From Candidatus Limnocylindria bacterium (GTDB taxonomy: Bacteria; Chloroflexota; Limnocylindria; QHBO01), in NCBI GenBank assembly GCA_035759945.1, contig DASTTX010000160.1:22004-86003 (forward strand): a stretch of 64,000 bases of DNA, written 5' to 3'. Positions 34,039 through 42,003 of the stretch are shown here, piece after piece. Both the position numbers and the translations under genes were made by a program. The number at the start of each line of letters is the position of its first letter. The stretch's first letter is position 1. The notes below the pieces were generated by a model. The model saw only the letters and a program-made list of their open reading frames with translations, did not search any database and had not been told where the DNA came from.

Positions 34039-34791
34039 ATGAGCTTCAACCGACGCGGCCCTGATCGCCGCCCTGACCGACCGTCCCGCGACCGATCCGA
34101 CCGTCCGCCGCGGCGGGGAGGCGATTTTCCACCGCGCGAGGGCGACCGTTCGTACCCCCCTCGGGACCGCGGTGGCGACCGCCCCTACCAGGGTGGCGGC
34201 GGGCGACCGTACAGCCCACGGCCGCGATTCGATCGACCGCCGGATGACGGCGCCATGTCGATCCGGCTCGACCCGCGCCGAGTCGGGACGCTGAAGCAGC
34301 TCGCCGCAGACGCAGGCGTCCGGCCGGGCGACCTGGTTCGACAGTGGGTCGAGGAACGCATCGATGCGGCGCGCGGCGGCGGCTCCGGCGAGGCTCCGGC
34401 AAACCTGGCGGCGCAGCTGGAGCAGCTGGCGGCGCGGGTCACCAAGCTCGAGGCAGGAGCCGGCGAGACCGCACCGCAGGCGCCGGCGCCGGTCGGCGAC
34501 GAGGCGGTCGACGCCCCGCCCGCGGCGACCAAGCGCGTGCGCCGGAATGCCGTCGCGGCAGCCCCGACCACCCAGCGCGTCGCGCTCCACGACGAGATGA
34601 TCGAGGTGCTCCGCGAGCGCGGGCCGATGTCCGCCGCCGAGCTTGCCGGCGCGATCGCCGAGCGTGGACGCTACGCGCCGCCGCGCAGCGGCAAGCCGCT
34701 CGATGCGGCCATGGTCAGCCAGCGGGTGAGCAACCCGACCTATCGGTCGCGGTTCGTGCGCTCCGACGGACGCATCGGCCTGGCGGAGTAA
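34039..34791 (+). CDS. Hypothetical protein: Arg/Pro/Asp-rich disordered N-terminus + ribbon-helix-helix-like segment + C-terminal helical domain
   Basis: ATG at 34039 (MSFNRRGPDRRPDRPSRDRSDRPPRRGGDFPPREGDRSYPPRDRGGDRPYQGGGGRPYSPRPRFDRPPDD), then MSIRLDPRRVGTLKQLAADAGVRPGDLVRQWVEERI (RHH-like). The upstream track ORF part is non-coding-like. Confidence 0.5.
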   Translation: MSFNRRGPDRRPDRPSRDRSDRPPRRGGDFPPREGDRSYPPRDRGGDRPYQGGGGRPYSPRPRFDRPPDDGAMSIRLDPRRVGTLKQLAADAGVRPGDLVRQWVEERIDAARGGGSGEAPANLAAQLEQLAARVTKLEAGAGETAPQAPAPVGDEAVDAPPAATKRVRRNAVAAAPTTQRVALHDEMIEVLRERGPMSAAELAGAIAERGRYAPPRSGKPLDAAMVSQRVSNPTYRSRFVRSDGRIGLAE

Positions 34792-34824
34792 CCACGGCCG
34801 GCGCGAGGCGCCGGCCGCATCGGT

Positions 34825-35028
34825 CTAGTCCTCGAGGACGAACGTCACGAGGATGTTGGCCTGGAACTCGATGCCGCCGTCGCGGCTGACATTGACGCGC
34901 TGCTCCTTGACCCACGCGCTCCGGACCTGGCGCAACGTCTTGTTGGCGCGATCGATTCCCTGGCGGACCGCATCCTCGAAGCTCTCGTTCGACGTGCAGG
35001 ACAGCTCGGTGACCTTGGCAACGGACAT
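34825..35028 (-). CDS. Dodecin (flavin-binding/storage protein)
   Basis: 67 aa from ATG 35028: MSVAKVTELSCTSNESFEDAVRQGIDRANKTLRQVRSAWVKEQRVNVSRDGGIEFQANILVTFVLED. This matches the dodecin pattern (…W.eV…G.i…f.v.lkv.F.le). Confidence 0.7.
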   Translation of the reverse strand: MSVAKVTELSCTSNESFEDAVRQGIDRANKTLRQVRSAWVKEQRVNVSRDGGIEFQANILVTFVLED

Positions 35029-35088
35029 GTTTCCTCCTCGATTTGGTTGGTGGGTGCGCGACAGCGGTTGCACGGCGCGCGCCAGCGA

Positions 35089-36126
35089 TCAGCCCGCGTC
35101 GTGCGACGCCGTCCAGGCCTGGAGCTCGTCAGCGGGCAGCGCATTCACGACGATGTCCGGCGTCACGCCGCACAGGAATCCGCGTTCACACCCGACCCTG
35201 ACCCAGGCCAGCTGGCCGAGGTAATGCGCGTCGGAGTCGATCGAGACGCGGCAGCCCGATTCGACCGCCAGGCGCAGGAGCCGCTTCGGCGGATCCAGGC
35301 GGTCGGGAAGGCAGTTGATCTCGATCGCCTTGTCGAACCTCGCCGCGGCGGCGAAGACGATCTCCGCGTCGAAGGTCGACTCCGGCCGGTTGCGACGCTT
35401 GCGCTTCATGCGGCCGGTGCAGTGGCCCAGCACGTCGAGGTGCGGGTTCGCGAGGGCGGTCACCATCCGCCGGGTCATCGGCTCCGACGGCATGCGCAGC
35501 GCCGAGTGCATGCTGCCAACGACGACATCCAGGCGGCCGAGCACTTCCGGCGACTGGTCGAGCGAACCGTCCTCGTTGATGTCGACCTCGATGCCGGTCA
35601 GCAGCCGGAACGGCGCGAGCTCACGGTTGAGGCCCTCGATCTCATCGAGCTGGGCCAGCAGGCGCTCGGTCGACAGACCGTTGGCGATGGTCAGGCGCGG
35701 TGAGTGGTCGGTGATGACGAGGTACTCGTGGCCGAGCTCGATGGCCACTTCGGCCATCTCGCGAATCGTGAAGTGCCCGTCCGAGGCCTCGGTGTGCGAA
35801 TGCAGGTCCCCCTTCAGCGCGGCCCGCAGCTTCGCGGCGCCCTCGACCAGCGGCGTTCCCTCCGGGAGCGACTCGAGCCGGCGAAGGTAGACCGGCTCCT
35901 CGCCACGCAGGCTCTCCAGGATGGTCCGCTCGGTGACCTCGCCGACGCCGGTCAGCTCGCGCAGGCTGCCGTTGGCCGCGCGGACGGCCACCTCGTCCGG
36001 ACCGATCCCGGCCAGCGCCGTCGCCGCGCTCCGGAAGGCGCGGACCCGGTAGCCGGGCTCCTGCATCGCCTCCAGCAGGAAGGCGATGCGCTTCAGGTCC
36101 GCGACCGGATCGCGCGCGTCGGGCAT
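35089..36126 (-). CDS. PHP-domain phosphoesterase with N-terminal helix-hairpin-helix-like region (PolX-C-terminal-like)
   Basis: PHP metal-binding motifs DLHSHTEASDGH, VITDHS, and MHSAL and DSDAH regions. The N-terminal ~90 aa has HhH-like GIGPDEVAVRA. ATG at 36126. Confidence 0.7.
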   Translation of the reverse strand: MPDARDPVADLKRIAFLLEAMQEPGYRVRAFRSAATALAGIGPDEVAVRAANGSLRELTGVGEVTERTILESLRGEEPVYLRRLESLPEGTPLVEGAAKLRAALKGDLHSHTEASDGHFTIREMAEVAIELGHEYLVITDHSPRLTIANGLSTERLLAQLDEIEGLNRELAPFRLLTGIEVDINEDGSLDQSPEVLGRLDVVVGSMHSALRMPSEPMTRRMVTALANPHLDVLGHCTGRMKRKRRNRPESTFDAEIVFAAAARFDKAIEINCLPDRLDPPKRLLRLAVESGCRVSIDSDAHYLGQLAWVRVGCERGFLCGVTPDIVVNALPADELQAWTASHDAG

Positions 36127-36207
36127 GTGCCGCACGGTATCGCATCGGCGAGTGAGCGCGGCGGCGGCGCCCTCGAGTGGCCGATGGCTCGGCCCGGCGC
36201 TGCCGCG

Positions 36208-36383
36208 CCAGTCTATTGGCCTGAATTCACGAGAAGCCTCGCTCGCGCGCAATCCCGCCAGTTCATTGGCGCCCTCGCCGCACGAGCTTCACGCGTGCGC
36301 TGGCCTCGTGCGTAACCAGCCCCAGTAGACTGGCGCAATAGCACGCAGAACAGGCCCCCGGTGGAATAGCGCCATTGCACTGG
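36208..36383. repeat. Four copies of a ~15-bp motif CCAGTnnAnTGGCGC (three direct, one inverted) in a 298-bp intergenic region
   Basis: Copies are at 36208..36221 (CCAGTCTATTGGCC), 36258..36273 (CCAGTTCATTGGCGCC) and 36322..36336 (CCAGTAGACTGGCGC), plus 36369..36383 (GCGCCATTGCACTGG, reverse orientation). Confidence 0.5.
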
Positions 36384-36423
36384 CCCTTGCCCAGCGATGA
36401 GGCGGGTGCAACAAATCGGGTGG

Positions 36424-37362
36424 TCAGGGAATCGTGAGGACCCGAGCCGGATTGTCGATGGTCATCGCTCGGATCTCGCCCTCCCCCACCGCGGCGGTGC
36501 GGAGGGTCGGCAGGAAGTGCTGGTGCAGGTAGACGTAGCCGAAGCCGCCGTTGGCCTTGAGCTGGCGGTTGTGGCAGACGTCCTGGCTGAGCAGCACCTG
36601 GGGTGCGAAGCCGCGCTCCAGCAGCTCGACGATCGTCTCCACCAGCCGCGGCTCGAGCGCCTCCTCGGTGCCGAATCGATGGCCCAGGAAGTCGAACTGA
36701 AGGTTCGCGCCCGCGGCCAGCACGGCGAGGTAGAAGTCGAGGTCGTGATAGGAATCGGCATGGCCGATGACGACGCGGGCCGGGTCGACGCCTTCCTCGG
36801 TGAAGATCTTCAGCTGCGCCAGGCCGACCGGGGACTGCACCCCGTGGGTCGTGATCGCCATGCCGGTGCGCAGCGATGCCCGGGCCGCCGCCCGGTGCAC
36901 GCGCTCCTCGAGCGCGCTGACCCACGGCTTGTCGGTCCCGATCTCGCCGATGATGCCGGGCCGGATGCCGGTATCGGCGACCCCGCTCTCGAACTCGGCC
37001 ACGATGGCGTCGGCAAGGTCGTCGACCGACCGGCGGTCGATGAGCGCCTCGGCGGGATAGTGCGCGCCGCGATACCAACCCGTGCCCATCACGATGTTCA
37101 GGCCGGTGGCGCTCGCCAGCCGCCGGAGCCGATGCGGGTCGCGGCCGACACCGTCCAGCGTCAGGTCGACCAGCGTGCCGCCGCCTCGACGGCGGAAGTC
37201 TCGGAGCTCCTCGATCAGCGTCTCCTCGTCCGGCGTGAGCTCCCAGTAATCCCACCGCTTCTCGATGTGCCACAGGTAGATGCCGGTGTGCTCGTGGGGG
37301 AGGGTGAAGCCGAGACGATCGGGTGGGATCGGTCCGGAGACGGTCATGACGCGTGGCGCCAT
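36424..37362 (-). CDS. Phosphotriesterase-related protein (PTE/amidohydrolase superfamily)
   Basis: N-terminal binuclear-metal HxH (FTLPHEHTGI), the carboxylated-Lys region and downstream His residues (ITTHG, VIGHADS), and Asp in LSQDVCH. The overall TIM-barrel PTE pattern is present. Confidence 0.8.
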   Translation of the reverse strand: MAPRVMTVSGPIPPDRLGFTLPHEHTGIYLWHIEKRWDYWELTPDEETLIEELRDFRRRGGGTLVDLTLDGVGRDPHRLRRLASATGLNIVMGTGWYRGAHYPAEALIDRRSVDDLADAIVAEFESGVADTGIRPGIIGEIGTDKPWVSALEERVHRAAARASLRTGMAITTHGVQSPVGLAQLKIFTEEGVDPARVVIGHADSYHDLDFYLAVLAAGANLQFDFLGHRFGTEEALEPRLVETIVELLERGFAPQVLLSQDVCHNRQLKANGGFGYVYLHQHFLPTLRTAAVGEGEIRAMTIDNPARVLTIP

Positions 37363-37489
37363 CGGGACGGTCCTCCTCGGGCGGTGCGTGAGCGTCGGTC
37401 GGGATGCACGTGCCGCCGACGCATCGGTGTGGAATGGACGGGCTCATCTTGCCACCGCCGCCTTGCGGCGCGCGCTAGCCTAGACACCG

Positions 37490-38761
37490 ATGACGACCGA
37501 GCGGCGGCGCGCGACATCGGCCAACGACCTGTGGACCCACATCCAGGGCGAGCTGGACGCAGCGGCCGAGCGGCTGGGGCTCGACGACGGCATGCATCGC
37601 GTGCTGCGCGTGCCGAAGCGCGAGCTGACGGTGCACTTCCCGGTCACGCATGACGACGGACACGTCGAGGTCTACACCGGTTACCGCGTGCACCACAACG
37701 TCAATCGCGGACCGACCACGGGCGGCATCCGCTACGTGCCCGGCCTCGACCTCGACGAGGTGCGCGCGCTGGCCATGCTCAACACCTGGAAGGCGGCGCT
37801 CGTGAGGATCCCGTTCGGCGGCGCGGCCGGCGGCGTGCGGGTCAACCCGCGCCGGCTGTCCGAGAACGAGCGGCAGGGCCTGACACGCCGGTTCGCGACC
37901 GAGATCGGTCCCCTGCTGGGGCCCGACAGCGACATCCCCAGCCCCGACGTCAACACCGGCTCGCAGACGATGGCGTGGATCATGGACACGCTCTCGATGC
38001 ACCGGGGCCATACGGTGGCGGCGTCGGTGATCGGCAAGCCGCTCGCCATCGGCGGGACGCGTGGACGTCGCAGCGCCACGGCGCGCGGCGCGTTTCGATG
38101 CATCGCGGCCAGCGCCGCGAGCATGGGCCTCGAGCTGAACGGCTCGCGGGTGGCGATCCAGGGCTTCGGGCGCGTCGGCATGACGATCGCCGAGGAGCTC
38201 GCCGGGGCGGGCGTTCGCGTTGTCGCACTCGCCGACGATCGAGATGCCGTCGCCAACGAGTCCGGGATCACCGTGGATCGGGCAGTTGACTGGATGCGCG
38301 AGCACGATGCCATCAGCGGCCTGCCCGAGACAGAGCCGATGACCAAGGCCGACATTTTCGCGATCGACTGCGACGTCCTCGTCCTTGCGGGACTCCAGGG
38401 CGAAGTGACCGATGGCAACGCCGGCGCCATCAAGGCCCGCATCGTGGCCGAGGTCGCCAACGGCGGCACGACGCCAGCCGCCGACCTGGTGCTGGCCGAT
38501 CGCGGCGTGACCGTCATCCCGGACATCGTGGCCACAGCGGGCGGGACCGTGCTCGGCTACTTCGAGTGGGTGCAGGACATGCAGGCCTTCTTCTGGAGCG
38601 AGGCCGAGATCACCGCGCAGCTGGACCGGATCATGGACGAGGCGATGGGTGACATCGGGGCCATGGCCAGCGCCGAGAGGGTCGACCTGCGCAGCGCGGC
38701 GATGATGGTCGCCGTGTCGCGCGTCGCCGATGCCACGACGCTGCGCGGGCTCTACCCCTAG
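37490..38761 (+). CDS. Glutamate dehydrogenase (Glu/Leu/Phe/Val dehydrogenase family), paralog 2
   Basis: Clearly paralogous to 11750..13018 (e.g. DGMHRVLRVPKRELTVHFPVTHDDGHVEVYTGYRVHHNVNRGP vs [43 protein letters not shown]). The GGAAGG catalytic-Lys loop differs slightly. Confidence 0.9.
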   Translation: MTTERRRATSANDLWTHIQGELDAAAERLGLDDGMHRVLRVPKRELTVHFPVTHDDGHVEVYTGYRVHHNVNRGPTTGGIRYVPGLDLDEVRALAMLNTWKAALVRIPFGGAAGGVRVNPRRLSENERQGLTRRFATEIGPLLGPDSDIPSPDVNTGSQTMAWIMDTLSMHRGHTVAASVIGKPLAIGGTRGRRSATARGAFRCIAASAASMGLELNGSRVAIQGFGRVGMTIAEELAGAGVRVVALADDRDAVANESGITVDRAVDWMREHDAISGLPETEPMTKADIFAIDCDVLVLAGLQGEVTDGNAGAIKARIVAEVANGGTTPAADLVLADRGVTVIPDIVATAGGTVLGYFEWVQDMQAFFWSEAEITAQLDRIMDEAMGDIGAMASAERVDLRSAAMMVAVSRVADATTLRGLYP

Positions 38762-38857
38762 CTGACCCGCTCCGGCCCGGTTCGTGCAACCATAAGGTTC
38801 CCGCCCTATTCCAAGTGCGCGTCCGTACCAGCGGTGCGCCGATTCCACCGGAGCACG

Positions 38858-39796
38858 ATGACAACGCCAGCCTTCACGCAGCCGCGCGACCTCCTCACCG
38901 AGCTCGAGCCCGTGGCCGAACGCCTGCTCAATCGCCACCTCGGCATAGCAAGGGAGTGGTTCCCGCACGATTACGTTCCGTACTCGCTCGGACGTGACTA
39001 CGACAAGGAGCCGTGGACGCCGGACCAGCCGCGGATCAGCGGCGTCGCGCAGATCGCGTTCGAGGTCAACCTCCTCACCGAGGACAACCTGCCCAGCTAC
39101 CACCGTGAGATCCACCGCATGTTCGGCCGTGGCGACGGACCGTGGATCAACTGGGTGAACCGATGGACCGCCGAGGAGGGACGCCACGCGATCGTGCTGC
39201 GCGACTATCTCGTGGTCACGCGAAACATCGACCCGTACGCGCTCGAGCGGTCACGCATGAACCAGCTGCAGATCGCCTACGACCACGACGACGGTGGCAA
39301 TGTCCTGCGCGGCCTCGCCTACGTCGCCTTCCAGGAGCTCGCGACGCGCATCAGCCACCGCAACACCGGCCGCTACTCCGCCGATCCGGTCGCCGATCGG
39401 ATCATGGCCCGCATCGCCGCCGACGAGAACCTCCACATGGTCTTCTACCGCGACATGCTGTCGGAGGCGATGAAGATCGATCCGTCGGCCGCCGTCCACG
39501 CCATCGCCGACGAGGTCATCGGCTTCCAGATGCCCGGCGCCGGCATGGTGAGCTTCACCCGCAAGGCGGCCCAGATGGCGAAGGCCGGGATCTATGACCT
39601 GCGTGTGCACCACGACGATGTCGTCTGGCCGCTGCTCACCCACTGGGGCATCTTCGAGCTCACCAACCTCGACGCATCGGCCGAGCTCCGTCGCGAGGAG
39701 CTGCGCCGATTCCTCGTGGACCTCGACGCGCAGGCCTCGCGCTTCGAGGCGAAGCGAGCCCTCAACCTCGAGCGCGAAGCGGCTCGGGCCGGCTAG
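38858..39796 (+). CDS. Soluble acyl-ACP (stearoyl-ACP-type) desaturase, DesA1/DesA2-like di-iron enzyme
   Basis: Two ExxH di-iron motifs (EEGRHAIVLRDYL; DENLHMVFYRD) within a ferritin-like four-helix fold. ATG at 38858 (MTTPAF). The track ORF starts 8 codons earlier. Confidence 0.85.
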   Translation: MTTPAFTQPRDLLTELEPVAERLLNRHLGIAREWFPHDYVPYSLGRDYDKEPWTPDQPRISGVAQIAFEVNLLTEDNLPSYHREIHRMFGRGDGPWINWVNRWTAEEGRHAIVLRDYLVVTRNIDPYALERSRMNQLQIAYDHDDGGNVLRGLAYVAFQELATRISHRNTGRYSADPVADRIMARIAADENLHMVFYRDMLSEAMKIDPSAAVHAIADEVIGFQMPGAGMVSFTRKAAQMAKAGIYDLRVHHDDVVWPLLTHWGIFELTNLDASAELRREELRRFLVDLDAQASRFEAKRALNLEREAARAG

Positions 39797-39931
39797 ACCG
39801 ACTTCATCGACGTCGACGGTTCTGGTCGTTTCCGGTGAGCCGCCTCACGAGGCGGATGAGAAGCCAGCCGACCACGAAGCGACGGAGCAGGGCGAACACG
39901 GATCACCCTCTTGCACCCGGCGTGCCGTCGA

Positions 39932-41956
39932 TCACAGAAGCGCCGGCCGGCGGAACTCCTCCCCACGAACGGTCTCGTCGAGGAACGCCCACACCGTCTC
40001 GTACCAGAGCCGCGCGTTCTGCGGCTTCAGGATCCAGTGGTTCTCATCGGGGAAGTAGAGGAAGCGCGCCGGGACCTTGTGGCGGCGCAGGTCCGTCCAG
40101 AGGCGGAGCGCCTCGCTGATCGGCACGCGCAGGTCGCGCTCCCCATGGATGACGAGCATCGGTGTCCTGATATTCGACAGGAGACGGGCCGGTGACCACT
40201 CCTCGTAACGCGAGGGATCGGTGTACGGGTCTCCAAACTCGCGCTCCCAGTCCGGGCCGTAGTCGGTGGTGCCATGGAAGCCGCGAAGCTCCCACAGGCT
40301 GGCGTGGGTGACGATGCCCTTGAACCGATCCGTGCTGCCGGCCACCCAGTTGGCCATGTAGCCACCGAAGGAGCCGCCCATCAGGGCCGTTCGCTCGGCA
40401 TCGATCTCCGGTCGCTCGAGGATGGCGTCGACCGCGGCGATGACGTCGGTGTACGGCTCGGCTCCCCATCGGCCCCAACCGCGCTGGACGAAGGCGTGCC
40501 CGTAGCCCGTCGAGATGGCCGGGTCCGGGAGGAGCACGGCGTAGCCCTTGGCGGCCAGCAGCTGCGGGTTCCATCGCCAGCTCCACGCGTTCCACGTCCC
40601 GACCGGGCCACCGTGGACGAACACCACCAGCGGTGCGGGCGCATCCGCCGATGCCTCCGGCGGCAGCACCAGCCAGGCGCCGATGTCCTGGCCATCGCCG
40701 GCGGTGGCGTTGACGCGCTCGACGCGGCCGGGCAGCGCAGCGAGCGCATCGGCATCGAGCTCCGGGAAGGTGCGCAGGCGCTGCGACGGCGTGCCGGGCG
40801 TGGAGGCGAGACGGACCGGCACCGGCGGCTCCGCGTACGAGGAGCGCAGCGCCATGGGCCCGCCTGGCACCTCGAGCGCAAGATCGCTGAACGTGCCGTC
40901 GTCGGCGATCAGGGTCGTCTCGCCCGATGAGACGTCGTGCCGATAGACGGCACCGGCGCCCCGATGATCGGCGGTGAAGTACACCGATGCGCCGTCGGGC
41001 GACCAGATCGGGTGCTGCGGCCAGGCGTCGAGGTCCGGCGTCGCGTCGCGCCCGTCGCCGCTGGCCAGGTCGATGAGCCACAGCGTCTCGTCGCCGATCC
41101 GCTCCGGAACGTCCTTCTCGTGGCGGACGCAAACCAACGTGCGGCCGTCCGGCGACATCCGCGGATCCCCATACCAGGCATCGCCGGGGGTGAGGTCGCG
41201 TTGCTCGCCGGTCGCGCGCTCGATGGCGACGATCTTGAAGTCGGTGAATCCCAGGTCGTCGGACGTGATCATGCCCGTCACGACGGTCGAGCCGTCCGGC
41301 GTCACGTCGAATCCCATCTCGACCAGCGCATTGCCCGCGCCCGGCGTGAGGTCGACCGGATCGGAGATCCGCTCCTCGCCCTGCGGAAGCGGCGCGGCAA
41401 ACAGGTGGCGCTCCCGCGGGCCGTGGAACGCGTCCCAGTGCCGGATCGGGAAGGTCTCGAACAGGAGTGCCTCGACCCCGGCCTTCTTGCGCGCCTTGTG
41501 CCGTTCCTGATCGGCCTTCGCGTCTGCGGTGCCGGGGAAGACGGACGCGGCATAGACGAGCACGTCGGCGTCACGCGCGGCCACCACGGCGTCCACGCCA
41601 CCAGATGGCGCGACCAGCAGGCGCGCCTCGCCGCCGTTGGCCGGCAGCATCCACAGGCCGCTCACCTCCTCGTCATCGTCGTCGGGCCCGCGGTCGGGAT
41701 CCGGACGCGTCGAGGTGAAGAGGATCGATCCGTCGCGCGAGAAGGTCGCAGCGCTCTCGCCGGGCGCGGACCGCGTGAGCCGACGCGGCCGCTCATCGCC
41801 GGTCGCATCGAGCTCCCAGATGGAGCTGTGCATCTTCTTGCCGTCCGGCGCCGGCCGTCCGACGGTGACGATGAGCCGGCGGCCATCGGGCGAGGCACGC
41901 AGCCCCGAGAGACGCGGCAGGCGCAGATAGGCATCGAAATCGAAGGCATCGGTCAT
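39932..41956 (-). CDS. S9 family serine peptidase (prolyl oligopeptidase/acylaminoacyl-peptidase-like) with N-terminal beta-propeller
   Basis: Catalytic GxSxGG ([10 protein letters not shown]), a downstream Asp, and His in the C-terminal ENHW. The N-terminus has WD/propeller-like repeats (SPDG...). Confidence 0.85.
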   Translation of the reverse strand: MTDAFDFDAYLRLPRLSGLRASPDGRRLIVTVGRPAPDGKKMHSSIWELDATGDERPRRLTRSAPGESAATFSRDGSILFTSTRPDPDRGPDDDDEEVSGLWMLPANGGEARLLVAPSGGVDAVVAARDADVLVYAASVFPGTADAKADQERHKARKKAGVEALLFETFPIRHWDAFHGPRERHLFAAPLPQGEERISDPVDLTPGAGNALVEMGFDVTPDGSTVVTGMITSDDLGFTDFKIVAIERATGEQRDLTPGDAWYGDPRMSPDGRTLVCVRHEKDVPERIGDETLWLIDLASGDGRDATPDLDAWPQHPIWSPDGASVYFTADHRGAGAVYRHDVSSGETTLIADDGTFSDLALEVPGGPMALRSSYAEPPVPVRLASTPGTPSQRLRTFPELDADALAALPGRVERVNATAGDGQDIGAWLVLPPEASADAPAPLVVFVHGGPVGTWNAWSWRWNPQLLAAKGYAVLLPDPAISTGYGHAFVQRGWGRWGAEPYTDVIAAVDAILERPEIDAERTALMGGSFGGYMANWVAGSTDRFKGIVTHASLWELRGFHGTTDYGPDWEREFGDPYTDPSRYEEWSPARLLSNIRTPMLVIHGERDLRVPISEALRLWTDLRRHKVPARFLYFPDENHWILKPQNARLWYETVWAFLDETVRGEEFRRPALL

Positions 41957-42003
41957 GCGCGCATGCTAGCGCCGCTTGCGGCGGCATCGGTATTGCCCCG
42001 ATC

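Noticed and set aside
37363-37489. Possible sigma-54 -24/-12 promoter (TGG...TTGC) in PTE/gdh2 divergent region
   Set aside because: GG-to-GC spacing (10-15 nt depending on the GG chosen, none at the canonical 12) does not match TGGCAC-N5-TTGC. No other convincing -24/-12 element was found elsewhere in the window.
37475-39187. 570-aa minus-strand ORF
   Set aside because: Antisense to the second gdh gene and the desaturase.
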